A stretch of DNA of 54,600 nt from Elsinoe ampelina (Eukaryota), in NCBI GenBank assembly GCA_010093995.1, contig ML992519.1, positions 45,240 through 99,839 on the forward strand, given 5' to 3'. Below, one piece after another: positions 11,592-24,299 of the stretch. A program made the translations under genes and the position numbers. Below the pieces are notes generated by a model, which was not told the DNA's origin, made no database searches, and saw nothing but the letters and a program-made list of their open reading frames with translations. Position 1 is the stretch's first letter; the number at the start of each line of letters is the position of its first letter.

Positions 11592-14500
11592 CTAGGACAA
11601 GTACTCCGCCAACCCCGAAGCCGTAGGATAATCAAACACAGCAGCAACCGCCACATCCACTCCCGCACCCACGAGCCTCTTGTGCAGCATCAAAGCCGCC
11701 ACCGAATCCCCGCCGGCCTCGAAGAACGAAGTCTCCGCATCCAACTCCCCATCAGCCCGACCCAGTACGTCGGCCATCTCGCGCCGAACGAGATCTCTCG
11801 TCCGACTCAACACCGATGGCCGCCGCGGATCCCGTGATTCAAGACGTGACAAGTCGCCGTGGATCGCCGCACGACTCTTCCCTGCAGCCAAGCCGTCGAG
11901 GACACATCGCAGCGTCTGCTCCAACCGCTCCAGCGTCTCCGCGGGGAGCCTGCCGTCGTCGTATTCGATCCTCAGCATCCACTTGTCACTGCTCAGCTCG
12001 GTCCACTCGAACATGATGGCGAACTTGGACCCCGGGGGGTGGACGTGGTTCCGGAGGCACTCCACTCCCGGGATGTCCAGGCACTCTTCGACGGCTCTCG
12101 AGAGGTGGAAGGTGACCATCACTTCGAAGATGGGGTGGTGGCGGAGCGTGGGCTGCGTCCTTGTTGCTAGCATGATTTCGTGGAATGGGATGGCGTTGGC
12201 CAGTGCCGCTTGGCTTGCGCGGCGGGTGTCTGCGAGCATGTCTTCGCACGTTGATGTGGAGTCTGAGTGGATGCGGAGGGGTAGTCGGTCGAGATGGAGA
12301 CCCATAGATGTACGCTCGGTCTCTCCGTTGCGGTTCTGGAATGGCATGCCGATCACGATGTCGTTCCCGCCGTTGAGCCATTGGAGTGTCTGGGCGGCCG
12401 CTGTGGCGACCAGCTGGTGCTTTGTGACATTGTGCGTGTCGCAGAGATCGTTGAGCGCAGCCACGAGAGGTCCTTCGAAGAAATGGAGTTTGGATGAACC
12501 CTTGAACAGTGAGTGTCCGACAGGCTTGCCTATGGGCAAATGGCCTGGGGCATCGGCGAGTGTTCGAGCCCAGTATTCCCGCTCTTGAAGCGTACTGCAT
12601 GAAGCCCAAGCTGAGTTCGACAAGTACTCAAATCGGGGGCAAGGCTCTATAGCGCTATTGTAACACCGGCTGAGCTCTGATAGCAGGACCTGGACACTGT
12701 TCAGATCGGCGATTGCGTGGGTGGTGACAATCAGGAGCTCATTCCGAATCAAAAAGACCCGTATGAGCTCGTCTTTGGCAAGGTCAAACGGTGTAGCAAC
12801 CACGGAGTCGATATTGATGTGGCCGACTTGCTGTACTCGTGGTGGGTTCGCTCGAAAGGTTCTCTTCGGTCCCTCTCGAGTCATGGTGAAATTGCTACGC
12901 AACACCTTTCGAGACGACAAACATGCATTGAGGGCTTGTACGAATCGGTCCTTGTCCAGCTCGCCATTGAGCACTAGATGCACTGGAATATTGAAAGTCG
13001 ACGTCGAAGAAGCTACTTGATACTGGACCCAGACTTGTCGCTCCAGATATGTCAGCCGTGATTCTTCCTCGGAGTCCTCGGATTTTTTGTCGATGTCGAG
13101 GTTCTGTTGAGTCGAGCTTTTTACCTGCCTGATCATGATGGCCTGATCTTTCAACATGGGATTCGCAATGACATGTCGGATCGAAAGCTTGACGCAGTAG
13201 GCATCCTGGAGGCGTGCGGCGAGCAACAATTGGAGGACCGAGTGACCACCGAGGCGTACGAAATCGTCTGAAGGAGAGATGCAACTATCGGAGGGTCGTC
13301 GTAATAGTTCCTTCCAGATCCCAGCAATTCTGAGCTCGTCTGGATCATCCAAGTTGACCTTCTGTTCTGGTAGCCTCATGCTCAGCAGCTTCTGGTAATC
13401 GATTTTTCGATTGACAGTCATCGGTATGTCGTGCATCTGTATGATCACTTGCGGAACCCAACTCGGCTGCAGGCTCCTCGAAAGTGTCTCTCGCAAGGCC
13501 TCGATGTTGACGGATGTTCCTTTCACATAGGCCACCAGAGCATCGTTGACATTCATTGCCGCAACCGTAACCAGTCCGGGGCAGAGTTCGTACATCTTCT
13601 GCTCCACGCTCGCGAGCTCCACACGGAAACCTCGAATCTTGACCTGACGGTCGAGCCGGCCAATGTACACAATGCTGCCCTCTCTGTCCCATCTGCCGTA
13701 GTCTCCTGTTCGATACACGCGAGACCCTGGATACCACGGATCCGCCATGATCTTGTCGGCTGCGGCCACGTCCGCTCCAATGTAGCCTCGCATGACCTGG
13801 ATACCTGCAAGATATATTTCGCCTTCCGCGCCAGTGGGTGTCGGTTTGAGATCTTTATCCAAGATGTACATGCGTGCTGTTCTGATGGGTCGACCGATGG
13901 TAACGGGCTTGTCGGGCTCCAGTCTCGTAAACGATGTGCAAATTGAGCACTACACCAGTCAGAGATAATCCTAGGCCAAGCAAATTCTAGTACCTCAGCT
14001 GGGCCATATGCATTGTACATGAGTCTGCCCGGTGCCCACGACGCTACCAGACCGGGTGAGACTGGTTCACCAGTCACGTAGAGCTACCGTGCGTCAATCT
14101 TTCTGCTCTCGTTTTATGGACTGATACTCACCGTCCGAATATTGTCATAACCTCTGGGATCTAAGGAGGAGAGGACTGACGGAGTGATTGTAGCTGCGTC
14201 AACATGTTTCAGATGCTCGAAAGGTTGTTCGGGATCTCGCAGAATAAGAGTCCCACCGTGCAATAGGGCGGAGAGGATCTCATTGGTGCAATAGTCGAAA
14301 GCAGGCGACATGAATTGCGCAATTCGTATACCGGGACCACTGAACATAGTAGCTTCCGGATTTGACTGGAGAGCTAGGAGACCGCGGTGACTGATCGGCA
14401 CGCCTTTAGGCGTTCCAGTGGTCCCTGAAGTGAAGACAATGACCGCATCTCGAGAATCGTCAACCAATATTGGCATGAATGTGGCCTCAGCTGAAGACTG

Positions 14501-17500
14501 CTTCAGGATGTCTTCAACCGATAGACTTCGAGTGGTCGACAGCTTCAGTACCTGTCTTTGCTCTGAACGTGGGAAGAGAACACTGCTCGATTTGCTGGCA
14601 AGAATGACCGATTCCTGCCTTTCCTGGGGATAGGCTGGATCGATGGGACAGTAGGCGCAACCTGCCTTGAGGATACCGAGGATGCCAACTATCCAGAACA
14701 CAGAGCCGTCTGCCCAAATTCCAATTACATCTCCAGGATATGATACCCGGCTTAGGTATGAAGCCACGATACTTGCTCGGGAATCCAGGTCGGTGTATGT
14801 GAGGGATTCGACACCTCTTTCGATGGCTATCCGTGTACCATGTCTAGAAGCCGACTGAGCTAGGGCATCCTGTAGGCATTTTGGTTTCGACTGAGACTCC
14901 TCCCAGGTACGCCTGTGGCTGTCCGAAGGCTGCGGCCCTCTATTCTTGCTAGATTGGGCATATGATTGCACGACTGGTGACTCGAGGAGATTCGTCAGTG
15001 ACTGCTCAAAGTCGGAGATCAAGTCAGCCATCAGCTGCGCAGAATAGCATCCGCTGTCAAAGACAAAGCGGAAGAATGATCGATCATCCGCGAGAATGGT
15101 CAGCGGTATTGCAGTCTTCTCGACTACCTCGGCTCTCAGTGGGACGAGGGTCTCGCTCAAGTTCGGAAAGTCGTATTGTGTGGCCAGAAGATTAGTCAAC
15201 GAGACGCCATGTTGACCCGGGCTTGTCCATGACCATTCTGATGCGCTGGCAACCTCACGCATGGTAGTCTGCAGCTGTTCAGAGACTGGGCGGTCTGGTT
15301 GAACATCAACTACCAGCGGCAGCGATGTGGTCATCGTTCCAGCGACATCTAGGAAGTGAGGATGTGTAGATCTGCCAGAAAATACAGCTCCAACAACGAT
15401 CCGGTTGTGCCCGGTCCGCTTTGTCACAGTAGCCGCCCAAGCTGTGTAGTAAACAGCTGCAAGAGTGACGGAGTGCCTGGTGGCCAAATCAACCAATCTT
15501 TCATGCATGTGAGAGAAATTGCACTTCTTCTCCACCGACGCAAATCTCATGCCATCAGTCACCAAGTCGTACGGTATGTTTGTGCTCGTCGATCCCAGTC
15601 CATCAAGCTTGTTCCGCCAATAGACCTCCGCACGATCGTGGTGACGTTTGCGAAACTCCTCGATTTCTTGCGCAGCCTTTAGGTATGACGGGCCCGGAGT
15701 GACACTTTTGCCGGCCATGGCATTTTCGACTTTGTTCAGAATCATGTTCATGGAAAAACCGTCCAAAAGTGAATGATGAACGGTCCATGCCACGGTGAAT
15801 TCCGATTCCTCCTCGTTTGGCGACCGAAGTTGCATGACATGAAAAGACATACCGTATCCTACGTCGAATGGTAGCTCGTCTATGGCTTTACGATAGTGCT
15901 GGTAGGTGTCGAAATCTCGAATTGAGAGATTGAATGATGTTCTTTCAACCAACTCCTGTACACCAGAATCGCCGTTCAAACGTGGTTCGATCCGAAAGAT
16001 TTCTTCATGAGCCCAAACTTGACGCCATGCCGATAATGTCCGGTCCAAGTCCCGGAGTTTGTATGATCGGTTCACTCGATTTGTATTGGTCCCAGGATGC
16101 AGAGAAGACTGAGCACAGAATGTCAATTGCTCGGACGTCAAACGGGCTAGTTTCGGCGCTTCTTTTGAGCTTTCCACGAAAGGTTGTCCAGCAATGCAGG
16201 CACCAGGTTGCGGAGTCTTCGGCGACGAGATCCGTTGCGCCCGTCTGGCAATTCCTTCAATGGTCTGCCCAATGTAAATGTCCGTGGCCGAGATGTGCAG
16301 GTTTTGAGCGCGACAGAGTGAGCTGAGTCTCAGCATTTGCAGGGAATTGCCGCCGAGAGCGAAGAAATTACTATCCGCTTGTAACTCGTCACAATTGATC
16401 TGTAGAATGTGTGACATGCCCATGTTGATGATATCAAATGGCGATACCACTGGATCCGAGTCGTCTTGACTGAGCACGGCACCTTGTACTTCCGTTTGTA
16501 ACGAAGCCTGCAAACTCTGCTGATCGATTTTGCCATTTGGGGATAGCGGCAGGGTATCCCTGACAAAGATTCGATCCGGAACATGAAATCGGCTCAGCTG
16601 TTGTCTTGCATGGGCCATAATGCCAGTGGCGTCCAGAGTACCTGGGCATACCACTACGAGAAGCCTTTCGTGAGATATAAAAGCGTGAATGGCCTTGATT
16701 GCGGGATACAACTGCTGCAGGGCCTGTTCAATGTCCGTGTCCAGATTTATCAGGAAGCCGCGATTCTTGACAATTCTGTCTTTTCGTCCACAGAATGTCA
16801 GTATCCTTTCGCCAGAGTTATTGCGAGACCAGTGACCGGTATCGCCCGTCCGATATATCCGAATCCCATTCCAAAAGTCAAACTTCTCGGCGGTCTTTGC
16901 CGGGTCCTTGTAATAGCCAATCGCAAGGCCACATCCAGCGATGACAATCTCTCCTTCCGTATTATCCTCCTGTATGGGCTGATCGTCCGTGGCCAGGAGA
17001 TACACAGGGCCTCTAGGCATAGCCGATCCAATGTGTCGGTTGTGAACTTTGCGACACTGTTTGCACAACTCAACAATGTGCATCGTAGAGGCACAAGTAG
17101 TCTCCGTCGGCCCGTACGCGTTGAGTATGCGGACACCACTTGACAGCCAATTTGTGAGCAGGTCGACTGGTGGTACTTCACCTCCGAGAAGTATGGTATG
17201 AACGAGTGGGAAATCACCGCTGCCGGGGGCTGGTAATGAGCGCAGAATTGACGGAGTCGATGCTAGAATGTGGCAAGTCGCAGCGTCTTCAAAGAGTCTT
17301 GCTGGAGAAGACGGTACGACGGTCCCGCCATTTGCCAAAATTGAGAAGAGCATTCCGGTAGATGCTGCAATCGTCAGCCTGAAGATCATCAAAGTGGCAA
17401 CCACGAATTACCGTCGAAAGCCACAGATAAGATGTGGAGCACTCGATCGCCAGGTGCCACACTCATATCGAAAGGTTCGGTTTGTGCGTAAGATGCGATT

Positions 17501-18015
17501 GCGCCATGAGGGATGCATACACCCTTCGGTTGTCCAGTAGTCCCACTCGTGAAAATGATGCATGCCTCTGAGCTTGACTTGTTTGCGATCTGAAGCGGCC
17601 TGGAGGTCTGGGTTGGTTCAGGAAGCTTGTTGAAATGAATGTAGGACCGGTCAAGAATCTTGAAGTGTCTCTCAGTTGTGTTGAGCAGTAATGGACTGTC
17701 GACTGTGTCGATTACGTAGCGAAGCCGCTCGATCGACCAAGTATCACGATCGAGAGGTACGTAAGAGCAACCGCATTTCAGAATAGCGATGATTGCTACG
17801 ATGTTGCGAGTTCCATGAGCTGTGAGAAGTAGGATTGGGGACCCCGGGGTCGCGCCCGAGTGGATGAGCGTCTGGGCCAGCGCAGAAGACGCATGGTCGA
17901 GTTCCTGGTAGGTAAGGGAACCATCTTGATGATCGATTGCCAAGTTGAGTGGATGTCTTTGAACAACCGCGGAAACGAGAGAAGAGAGATCAGGGGTGGT
18001 CAACTTCGAGACCAT
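11592..18015 (-). CDS. gliP: Dimodular NRPS, A-T-C-A-T-C-T, diketopiperazine synthetase of GliP/SirP type; introns 17365-17411, 14084-14131, 13950-13993
   Basis: A1 (IFTSGTTGQPKG, NAYGPTE, YRTGD), T1 FFALGGNSL, C1 HHSLLDG, A2 (VFTSGTTGTPKG, FMSPAFDYC, NAYGPAE, YRTGD), T2 FVRLGGHSV, C2 THAIADLNS, T3 FFEAGGDSV. Four ORF pieces join in frame across GT-AG introns. Confidence 0.93.
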
Positions 18016-18230
18016 GGTAGATAGCCGCAAGGGCTTATGGTGTTATGATCAATGCGTACACAGGTTGAAAAGTGAGAACAATGGGTATCCGCTGCATTGT
18101 ATGAAGAGTGTTGTCGGGCCGTGCCTATCAAAAGTATCCCGGACCCCGTCGGGCATCGGTCACCATAGTAAAGGGCAAGATCTATGCCCAAGGTCACTAC
18201 CGGAGTAGAAAAGTGGATGAGGTTGCCGTG

Positions 18231-19977
18231 ATGGGGATCTTAGTCCGAGGCATATGTGCGCTGACAATACTGCTAGTGATCTTGGCTTTTAGCAGGACAA
18301 AGGGTCGAAGTGTAAGCAAGAGGCCGCCCAAAAAGTTGATCATGGCGCAAGCTGAGGGTGCTGACTTGAAAGGGCATCGGACCAGATGGCATCAGCGTGG
18401 ACAGAACCGACGGCAAAAGTATACCAAGTATGCCATATCGATGGCCCAACGGCCAAGGTAAAGAGAAGTTCTTCGATGGCATCAGGTCAGCTCGTAAGTG
18501 GAGGACGACGATGGGACCAGTATATCAAATATGGGCTGGAGATCGCCGGGAAATGTGAGAGCCATGGATTGTCATGGCCTTGTGCTAATTTGACCAGTGT
18601 CTTGACCAGACCTGATCACGCCGCTCAATACTTCCGGGACTCTCACCGCCACGTCAAGGCTACCAATAACAACTCAGGTTGGCTCTTCGGAGAAGTCCTT
18701 GGGGAGTGTGTAGGGCTGGTCAGTCTGGAGCGATGGCAGAACTTAAGAAGCGTTGTCGAAACTGCATTCTCTCGACCATCGATGGCACTGAAGACGACAT
18801 TGATTATCTCTCAGGCCCAACAATATCTGAACGGTATGGGTTTGGGATCGATCGGTCAGATGGATCCTGCTGCCAGGTTGCAGTTTTACCCGTTCTTCGT
18901 TGTCGCCCAGGTCCTGTTCGGACAGCTAAGCGACGAGCAAACATCTATTCTGGCCGAGCTTGCCCCATTGCGAGAGGAACTGTTTCGTGAGGTCATCCGT
19001 GGTGGCATCAATCGCTTCGCCATCGCTCGATACGTGCCTTGGTCTGGTGCGTCAGTGTTGCGCGATTTTCAATCTCGGTGGAGTCGATTCGTGGAGCAGT
19101 CGTATATTCTGTCTCGGGATAAGAAACGAGATGTACCTGTCACTCAGCTGTGGCAAGCCGTCTTGGTGTGCAAGATTTCCAAGAAAGAGGTATGAAAACG
19201 TGAAAGCGTCGCTTCTTGATGCGGCTCGGCAAGATTCAATGAGCTCATCCGAGGTCCAGGCACTTCAGACCCTTGATGAATCCCTCTATGCCAACCTCGA
19301 CGTCACAACAAGCGCCATTTCCTGGAACATCATTCTCCTGGCTCAGCATGTTGGTATTCAACAACAACTCCGGGACGAGATCCGTGCGAATGGAGCAACA
19401 TCTGCGAGCTACATCGACAACCAACACACGCTCTTGGCAGCATGCATTCTCGAGGCCTCCAGACTGAGACCCATTCTTGGTATGCATCATGAAGCCTGGT
19501 GCGCTGCGAGACTTGTGTCTGACACATAGAAGCCTTTTCGAATCCCGAGCATGCGATCGAAGACAAGTTAATCGACGGCTACCTCATACCACGGCATGTG
19601 AGCTACTGACCTCTACTACTCTCATCCCACTCTGCATTGAATACGCGACTGACCACTGCCAGACCGATGTCATTGTGGATGCCACGGCCATCAACGTTGA
19701 GAACCCATTCTGGGAAAATGGAACCAAGTACATGCCTCACAGATTCCTCAGCCTGAAGCCTGCCGACGTCAGGTATAATCTGTGGAGATTCGGTTTCGGG
19801 CCTCGCAAATGTCTCGGGCAGCACCTCGCTGATAGAATGCTTCGTGCACTCACTGCTGCGCTTGTGAGTCAGTACTACCTCGATTGCTCGACATCTCTCA
19901 ACGATAGCCATGATCTCAAGGATGAGAGCTGGGTTGGACTTCCAAACGAGACTGTGCACTACCGCAGGGTTGAATGA
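18231..19977 (+). CDS. gliC: Cytochrome P450, GliC/SirC-type diketopiperazine alpha-carbon hydroxylase (multi-exon)
   Basis: N-terminal TM segment. Spliced product contains PYRWPNGQGKEKF, HVKATNNNSGWLFGEVLGECVGL, LDESLYANLDVT, ExxR (EASRLRP) and heme motif FGFGPRKCLG. Divergent from the NRPS. Confidence 0.88.
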
Positions 19978-20172
19978 GTGGTGAGCGGTCTGGTTCGCTG
20001 CTGGAGTAGGCCAGGCCACAGAAGGACAAATTCGGCACCACTGTGCCCAAACCTAAAGATGTGCTCAAAAGCACATGACAAGCAAATCAAGGCCAGACAT
20101 TTTTAATTGCATCTGTGTTACGCACAAGAATGAGGTCTGCATGTGCCGTAATGACCGTCAAGGTCTGTCAAC

Positions 20173-21250
20173 TCAATCCAGACTAGCCACAGTCTCACTA
20201 CATAGCTGGAAAGATACTCCAGAACCTGCACGGACGCCTACGGCAAGGTCAGCAAAGTAAGTATGCAGATCAGTCAAGGCACTAACCTTCCCCCATGGCT
20301 ATAGCGACCTGTTTGAGGAAGCCTGCTGTATCGCCAGCTACGAAGCAGCCTGGGACGCTGGACTCGCCGAATGGGGGCTTCGTGACAACCTCACCGGACG
20401 GCTGCATGACTTCCAGGCCCAATTGATCGATCAAAGCCTGCCCTCTGTTCTTGGTAGGAGGCTTGTGTACCAGATATGCGACCTCTTGCTGGCTGCCATC
20501 TTGAAAATGGACGGTCACTCCACCTTCCTCACCAATCAGCTCTCGAATAGGTCTCTCCTCGATCGTGATGCCTAGTTTCAGAGCCTTCTGAAGGGCTGCG
20601 TCGACATCTTCGGCACGCTCCTTGACACCATTGGTGAAGATGGTCACAGGCCCGCCAAAGTGCTTGGCCATGACTGCGAAATGCAGATACATGGCAATGG
20701 GGAAAGTAAGAATGCCGACTGGCTTTCCTGCCCGCTCCAAGCCATCGCAGAAGAGGCATTGATATCTGTAGCAACAAGTCAGATTCAGGAGTATCACAAC
20801 GAGGACGACGATCATCGCCCTGTCGCATATTTACATGTTTCTCGGCCAGTTCTCTTTGTACCCAGGCAAGTCTACAGGCAAGACATCCTCCGATCCGGTA
20901 GCCAGGACTAACTTCCGTCCCTGGAAGATTGCATCGGCGGCATCTCGAACCTGAAATCCAGCATGGCCAGGCTCAAGTGTAATTTTTTCAACCTCTATTG
21001 CCGCCTTGTCGTTGAAGTCAACGGTTGTGTAATCCGTTTCCAGCTGGTGTCTGGCTATTTTGCGAAACTCTGCAGGGTTAGTGCCATCCCGCGAGAGGAC
21101 GGTGTGCATTGCCTGCGCTCCCGCACTCCTGAACTCGTTGGTGTCAAAGACCAGTGCCGTGCGGGAGACACGAGCTAGTGCGAGAGCTGCCGACAAGCCA
21201 GCCGGGCCTCCTCCAACAACGAGAGCATCGTAAACCTTTGCAGCCAGCAT
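20173..21250 (-). CDS. gliT: FAD-dependent dithiol oxidase (thioredoxin-reductase fold), GliT-type; 2 introns
   Basis: GGGPAGLSAALALAR, GRKLVLATGSEDVLP, YQCLFCDG (CxxC at 20747-20758), C-terminal SVPGCFVAGD. The last exon ends ...QLCSETVASLD*. Confidence 0.88.
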
Positions 21251-21819
21251 TCGTGAAATGGTGGATCCACCCAAGGGTGTTGTCAGGACTGATTGGACAA
21301 AGGGTACAGAGCATTGCAGCCACATGATATACAAGGGCCTTCCTGATCGGAACGTTTTCATGACTTCTCGGACACTTCATAAAACCATATGCGATCTGCA
21401 GAAAAGTCGCCGAGTGCCGCTGTCGCTTAGGTGCGGCCTACCGCAGAACCCTGCAATGTCGTACGCCGCGCGAGTCTTGCTTGGCACTACCTTTGGGTTG
21501 TAGCAGTGAACTGAGAGGGTGGGGATTGAAAGACAATGGCTGCTAAACCACCAGCTGAACTTGGGATAAGGTGACACGACGCCTTCAACCTTGAGCCCTA
21601 AACGCTACAGACGCCACATTAGGGTTCCCATTAGCCGACGCCGCCAGCCTGCTCGGTAGCCAAGTTGACAAGTCTTACCATGCTTGACCATGAATCATGG
21701 TACAGTAACAGCATGTGGTCCCGAGATGGATCAGAGTCATGCTTGATCAGGATATAGCGAAGCTGCGCGGAGCTGTAAATCAGGTGTCAGAGTGTATAAG
21801 ATCAATCGTACAGAATTCA

Positions 21820-21830
21820 TCGGCAGCCGA
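21820..21830. promoter_or_regulatory. GliZ/SirZ-type box TCGG-CAG-CCGA in the gliT/gliZ divergent promoter
   Basis: Exact match to the published TCGG-N3-CCGA consensus, ~40 bp upstream of the gliZ-like ATG. Confidence 0.65.
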
Positions 21831-21871
21831 CTGGCTTTCGAACACTAGCAGTATTCCGGAACGACTGGACC

Positions 21872-23104
21872 ATGGTAGCTCGTACCAGACCCATAACATA
21901 TCGACTTTCTTGCGACGCATGTCAGCGATCGAAAGTCAAGTGCGGTCAGGAACGGCCCGCTTGCAGACGATGTTTGGACCACTGCACCGAGTGCGTCTAT
22001 AGCCCTTCGAGACGTGCTGGTCGGCCTCGATCGAAGAAGACTACCACAAGTTGCAGCTCGGATGCCACCACTGCATCAGCTTCGCAAGCAGAGTTCGAAA
22101 TACAATCATGCTTATCTCCAGCATCGACAGTTCCTGGTCCGCAGCCCAGCTTAAGGAACGATGGGTTGGACGAGAGAGTGACAGAGGGGTCGAACAATCA
22201 AGTCCCGGATGCATTCACAAGCCGGCTCACACCTATATGGGATGGCTTGTTAGATCCTGGGGGAATCATCGGCGACATGAACATGAACTTACTATCTGAC
22301 TTTCTTCCACTCCACCATACCGACGTCGACCAGTCAAACACAGGTACTGATATCGATATAGGACTGGCTGAGCAACCACCCTGGGGGTTGACTGCAGGCA
22401 TGGGCGTCAACGGTGCCCTGCCGATACAGACCCAGTCACTGGAAGCGCCGATGAGCCACACCAATCTTGCCATGATACCTAGTGGCAGCTCGAACGATGA
22501 AGTCGATACTTTTGCCATCGACGATGTTGTTTTCAATACCCCTGTCATGGTTGCACCGGTAGCCCCAATGACTCCAACAGTAGTCTCGTCCACCTCCACT
22601 CTGGGCGAATCCTGTCACCGGCCAATTGACCTCTTGCGAGAAGACTGGCATTTCTTTCCGCAAATAGCGGCAGATAGCCCGGATGCTAGCCTACAGAGTG
22701 AGGCTTTCAGGACTTGTAAAAGGGCTTTGGCTCGTCTGTCCCAGCCACTTGGATGCACAAGCTGTGCAGCCCGAACCTCGACCATTCTTGTGGCTTGTCA
22801 CGTACTCGATACAATTATGATCCTGCTCCAGAAGCTGATTGATGGCATGCAGGTGGAAAACGCCATCTGCCAACCTGCATTGACCATCGGACATCAATAT
22901 TCAGTCTCCCTGTCAGAAAGCCGCACATTCACCAAGATGCTGCCCCCGAGAGAACTGCGAGGCTTGAGGACGAAGATCAGCCGGTTGGACATGAGGAGGC
23001 TGCGTAATTCTCGGACTCCGAGTTCTGATATGATCCTGTCCGGGCTTACTTCGCAGCTACAGGAGAGGCTAGCTAGCCAGATTGGAGCCATGGAGAAGAG
23101 TTGA
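21872..23104 (+). CDS. gliZ: Zn(II)2Cys6 transcription factor, GliZ/AflR-like cluster regulator
   Basis: SCDACQRSKVKCGQERPACRRCLDHCTECVYSPSRRAGRPR binuclear cluster at the N-terminus, located inside the ETP cluster. Confidence 0.85.
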   Translation: MVARTRPITYRLSCDACQRSKVKCGQERPACRRCLDHCTECVYSPSRRAGRPRSKKTTTSCSSDATTASASQAEFEIQSCLSPASTVPGPQPSLRNDGLDERVTEGSNNQVPDAFTSRLTPIWDGLLDPGGIIGDMNMNLLSDFLPLHHTDVDQSNTGTDIDIGLAEQPPWGLTAGMGVNGALPIQTQSLEAPMSHTNLAMIPSGSSNDEVDTFAIDDVVFNTPVMVAPVAPMTPTVVSSTSTLGESCHRPIDLLREDWHFFPQIAADSPDASLQSEAFRTCKRALARLSQPLGCTSCAARTSTILVACHVLDTIMILLQKLIDGMQVENAICQPALTIGHQYSVSLSESRTFTKMLPPRELRGLRTKISRLDMRRLRNSRTPSSDMILSGLTSQLQERLASQIGAMEKS

Positions 23105-23370
23105 GTGAGTTGTGTGATACAGCCAGGGCCTGAGTCGCACGTGCGGAGCGGCCAGACCGGGGGGAATGGTGATGATGTGGAAGCACATCTGCCGAGAGCT
23201 CTAGGGCTAATTGCTTCAGCTGGATTTCCTGGGCTATCAGCGATATCGGTAGCTTAGTATCAATCTGTGCAAAAAAACTTGAAAAAACCATGTGTGCAAG
23301 ACCGCCCTCTGCAGCTTCTTGAACTTGAGACAGCCTCTACACTGTGACCGAATTCATAAATTTGTCGAGT

Positions 23371-23979
23371 ATGGACCGGACCGCAACGGCAGATCGAAGA
23401 CTGGACACCGAAAAGGATACTGGACCAAGTGAAAGGCAAGCCTCACACCGCACCTGCACCATCCCGGCTCTCGAAATACTCGCAGAGATCGAACGCTGGC
23501 CCGAAAGCTTCGCTCGACTAGAAGACGTATTCCGAGTCTTTGATCAAGCAAGAGAGTCGTTCTCGACGTTCAAATCTTGCACGGAGTGCTCCAAAGGCAC
23601 TCTCTGCATAGCCGACTTCTGCATACTTATCCAGTATTTGGTCGAGACACTGGAGAATTGCTGCCGGCATATTCAGACGAACGATGCGTCCGTTGACTTT
23701 GGATCCGTGAGCTGGGGCGACCACGAATTGGAGGAGGCTGAGCAGCGACTTCTGGTCACCACACTTCTACAACAAAGGTCTCTGGAGATTAGATGCGCGG
23801 TGGCACTGATCCAGAAAAGGCTGGTCGAGTCCCTTGCCACGGAAGAGGATGACCTCTGGAGCAGTATGAGACCTACGTTCAACGTCGTGCTGGATTCCCA
23901 CCACACAAGAGTGCAGCATCTCTCCAGCATTTTTTCGGCTCTTGCAGGTGAAGGCGAACACGGGGCAGCTGACGTGTGA
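23371..23979 (+). CDS. Hypothetical ~202-aa protein resembling the C-terminal region of AflR/GliZ-type regulators, with no DNA-binding domain
   Basis: Open ORF with ATG at 23371. The pattern CTECS...FCILIQYLVETL...FGSVSWGDHELEEAEQRLLV..LL parallels the CTSCA...IGHQYSVS..E segment of the upstream gliZ-like protein. Confidence 0.55.
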   Translation: MDRTATADRRLDTEKDTGPSERQASHRTCTIPALEILAEIERWPESFARLEDVFRVFDQARESFSTFKSCTECSKGTLCIADFCILIQYLVETLENCCRHIQTNDASVDFGSVSWGDHELEEAEQRLLVTTLLQQRSLEIRCAVALIQKRLVESLATEEDDLWSSMRPTFNVVLDSHHTRVQHLSSIFSALAGEGEHGAADV

Positions 23980-24299
23980 TTGAGGACGTCTCTCGAGGCA
24001 GCCGTTGCGTTTGGCAAAATGTCGAATGACCCCTTTGTACAGAATGGGGACAATTGGAGGATGCATGGGTAGATGATCAGCAGCAGCGGCTTTGAAGCTT
24101 GACGCATTGATAGTGACAAGAAACGAGAGTGCACAGTGCATCATTTTAAGGCTACCTACAGTCGGTCCGACATCGGACCGGCAGCGGCTCCTCTTGCTAA
24201 TAACCTCGGCAATGTGAAACTCTGTTGATAGCCCTTGAGCCCACTTGTATCGGATGTACATCACCGTCCGTTCATGCTCTTCGCCCGTCGAGCGTATCT

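Noticed and set aside
11680..12588. 302-aa antisense ORF and the many other overlapping ORFs in the track
   Set aside because: These are shadows of real coding sequence on the opposite strand or frame, with no recognisable motifs.
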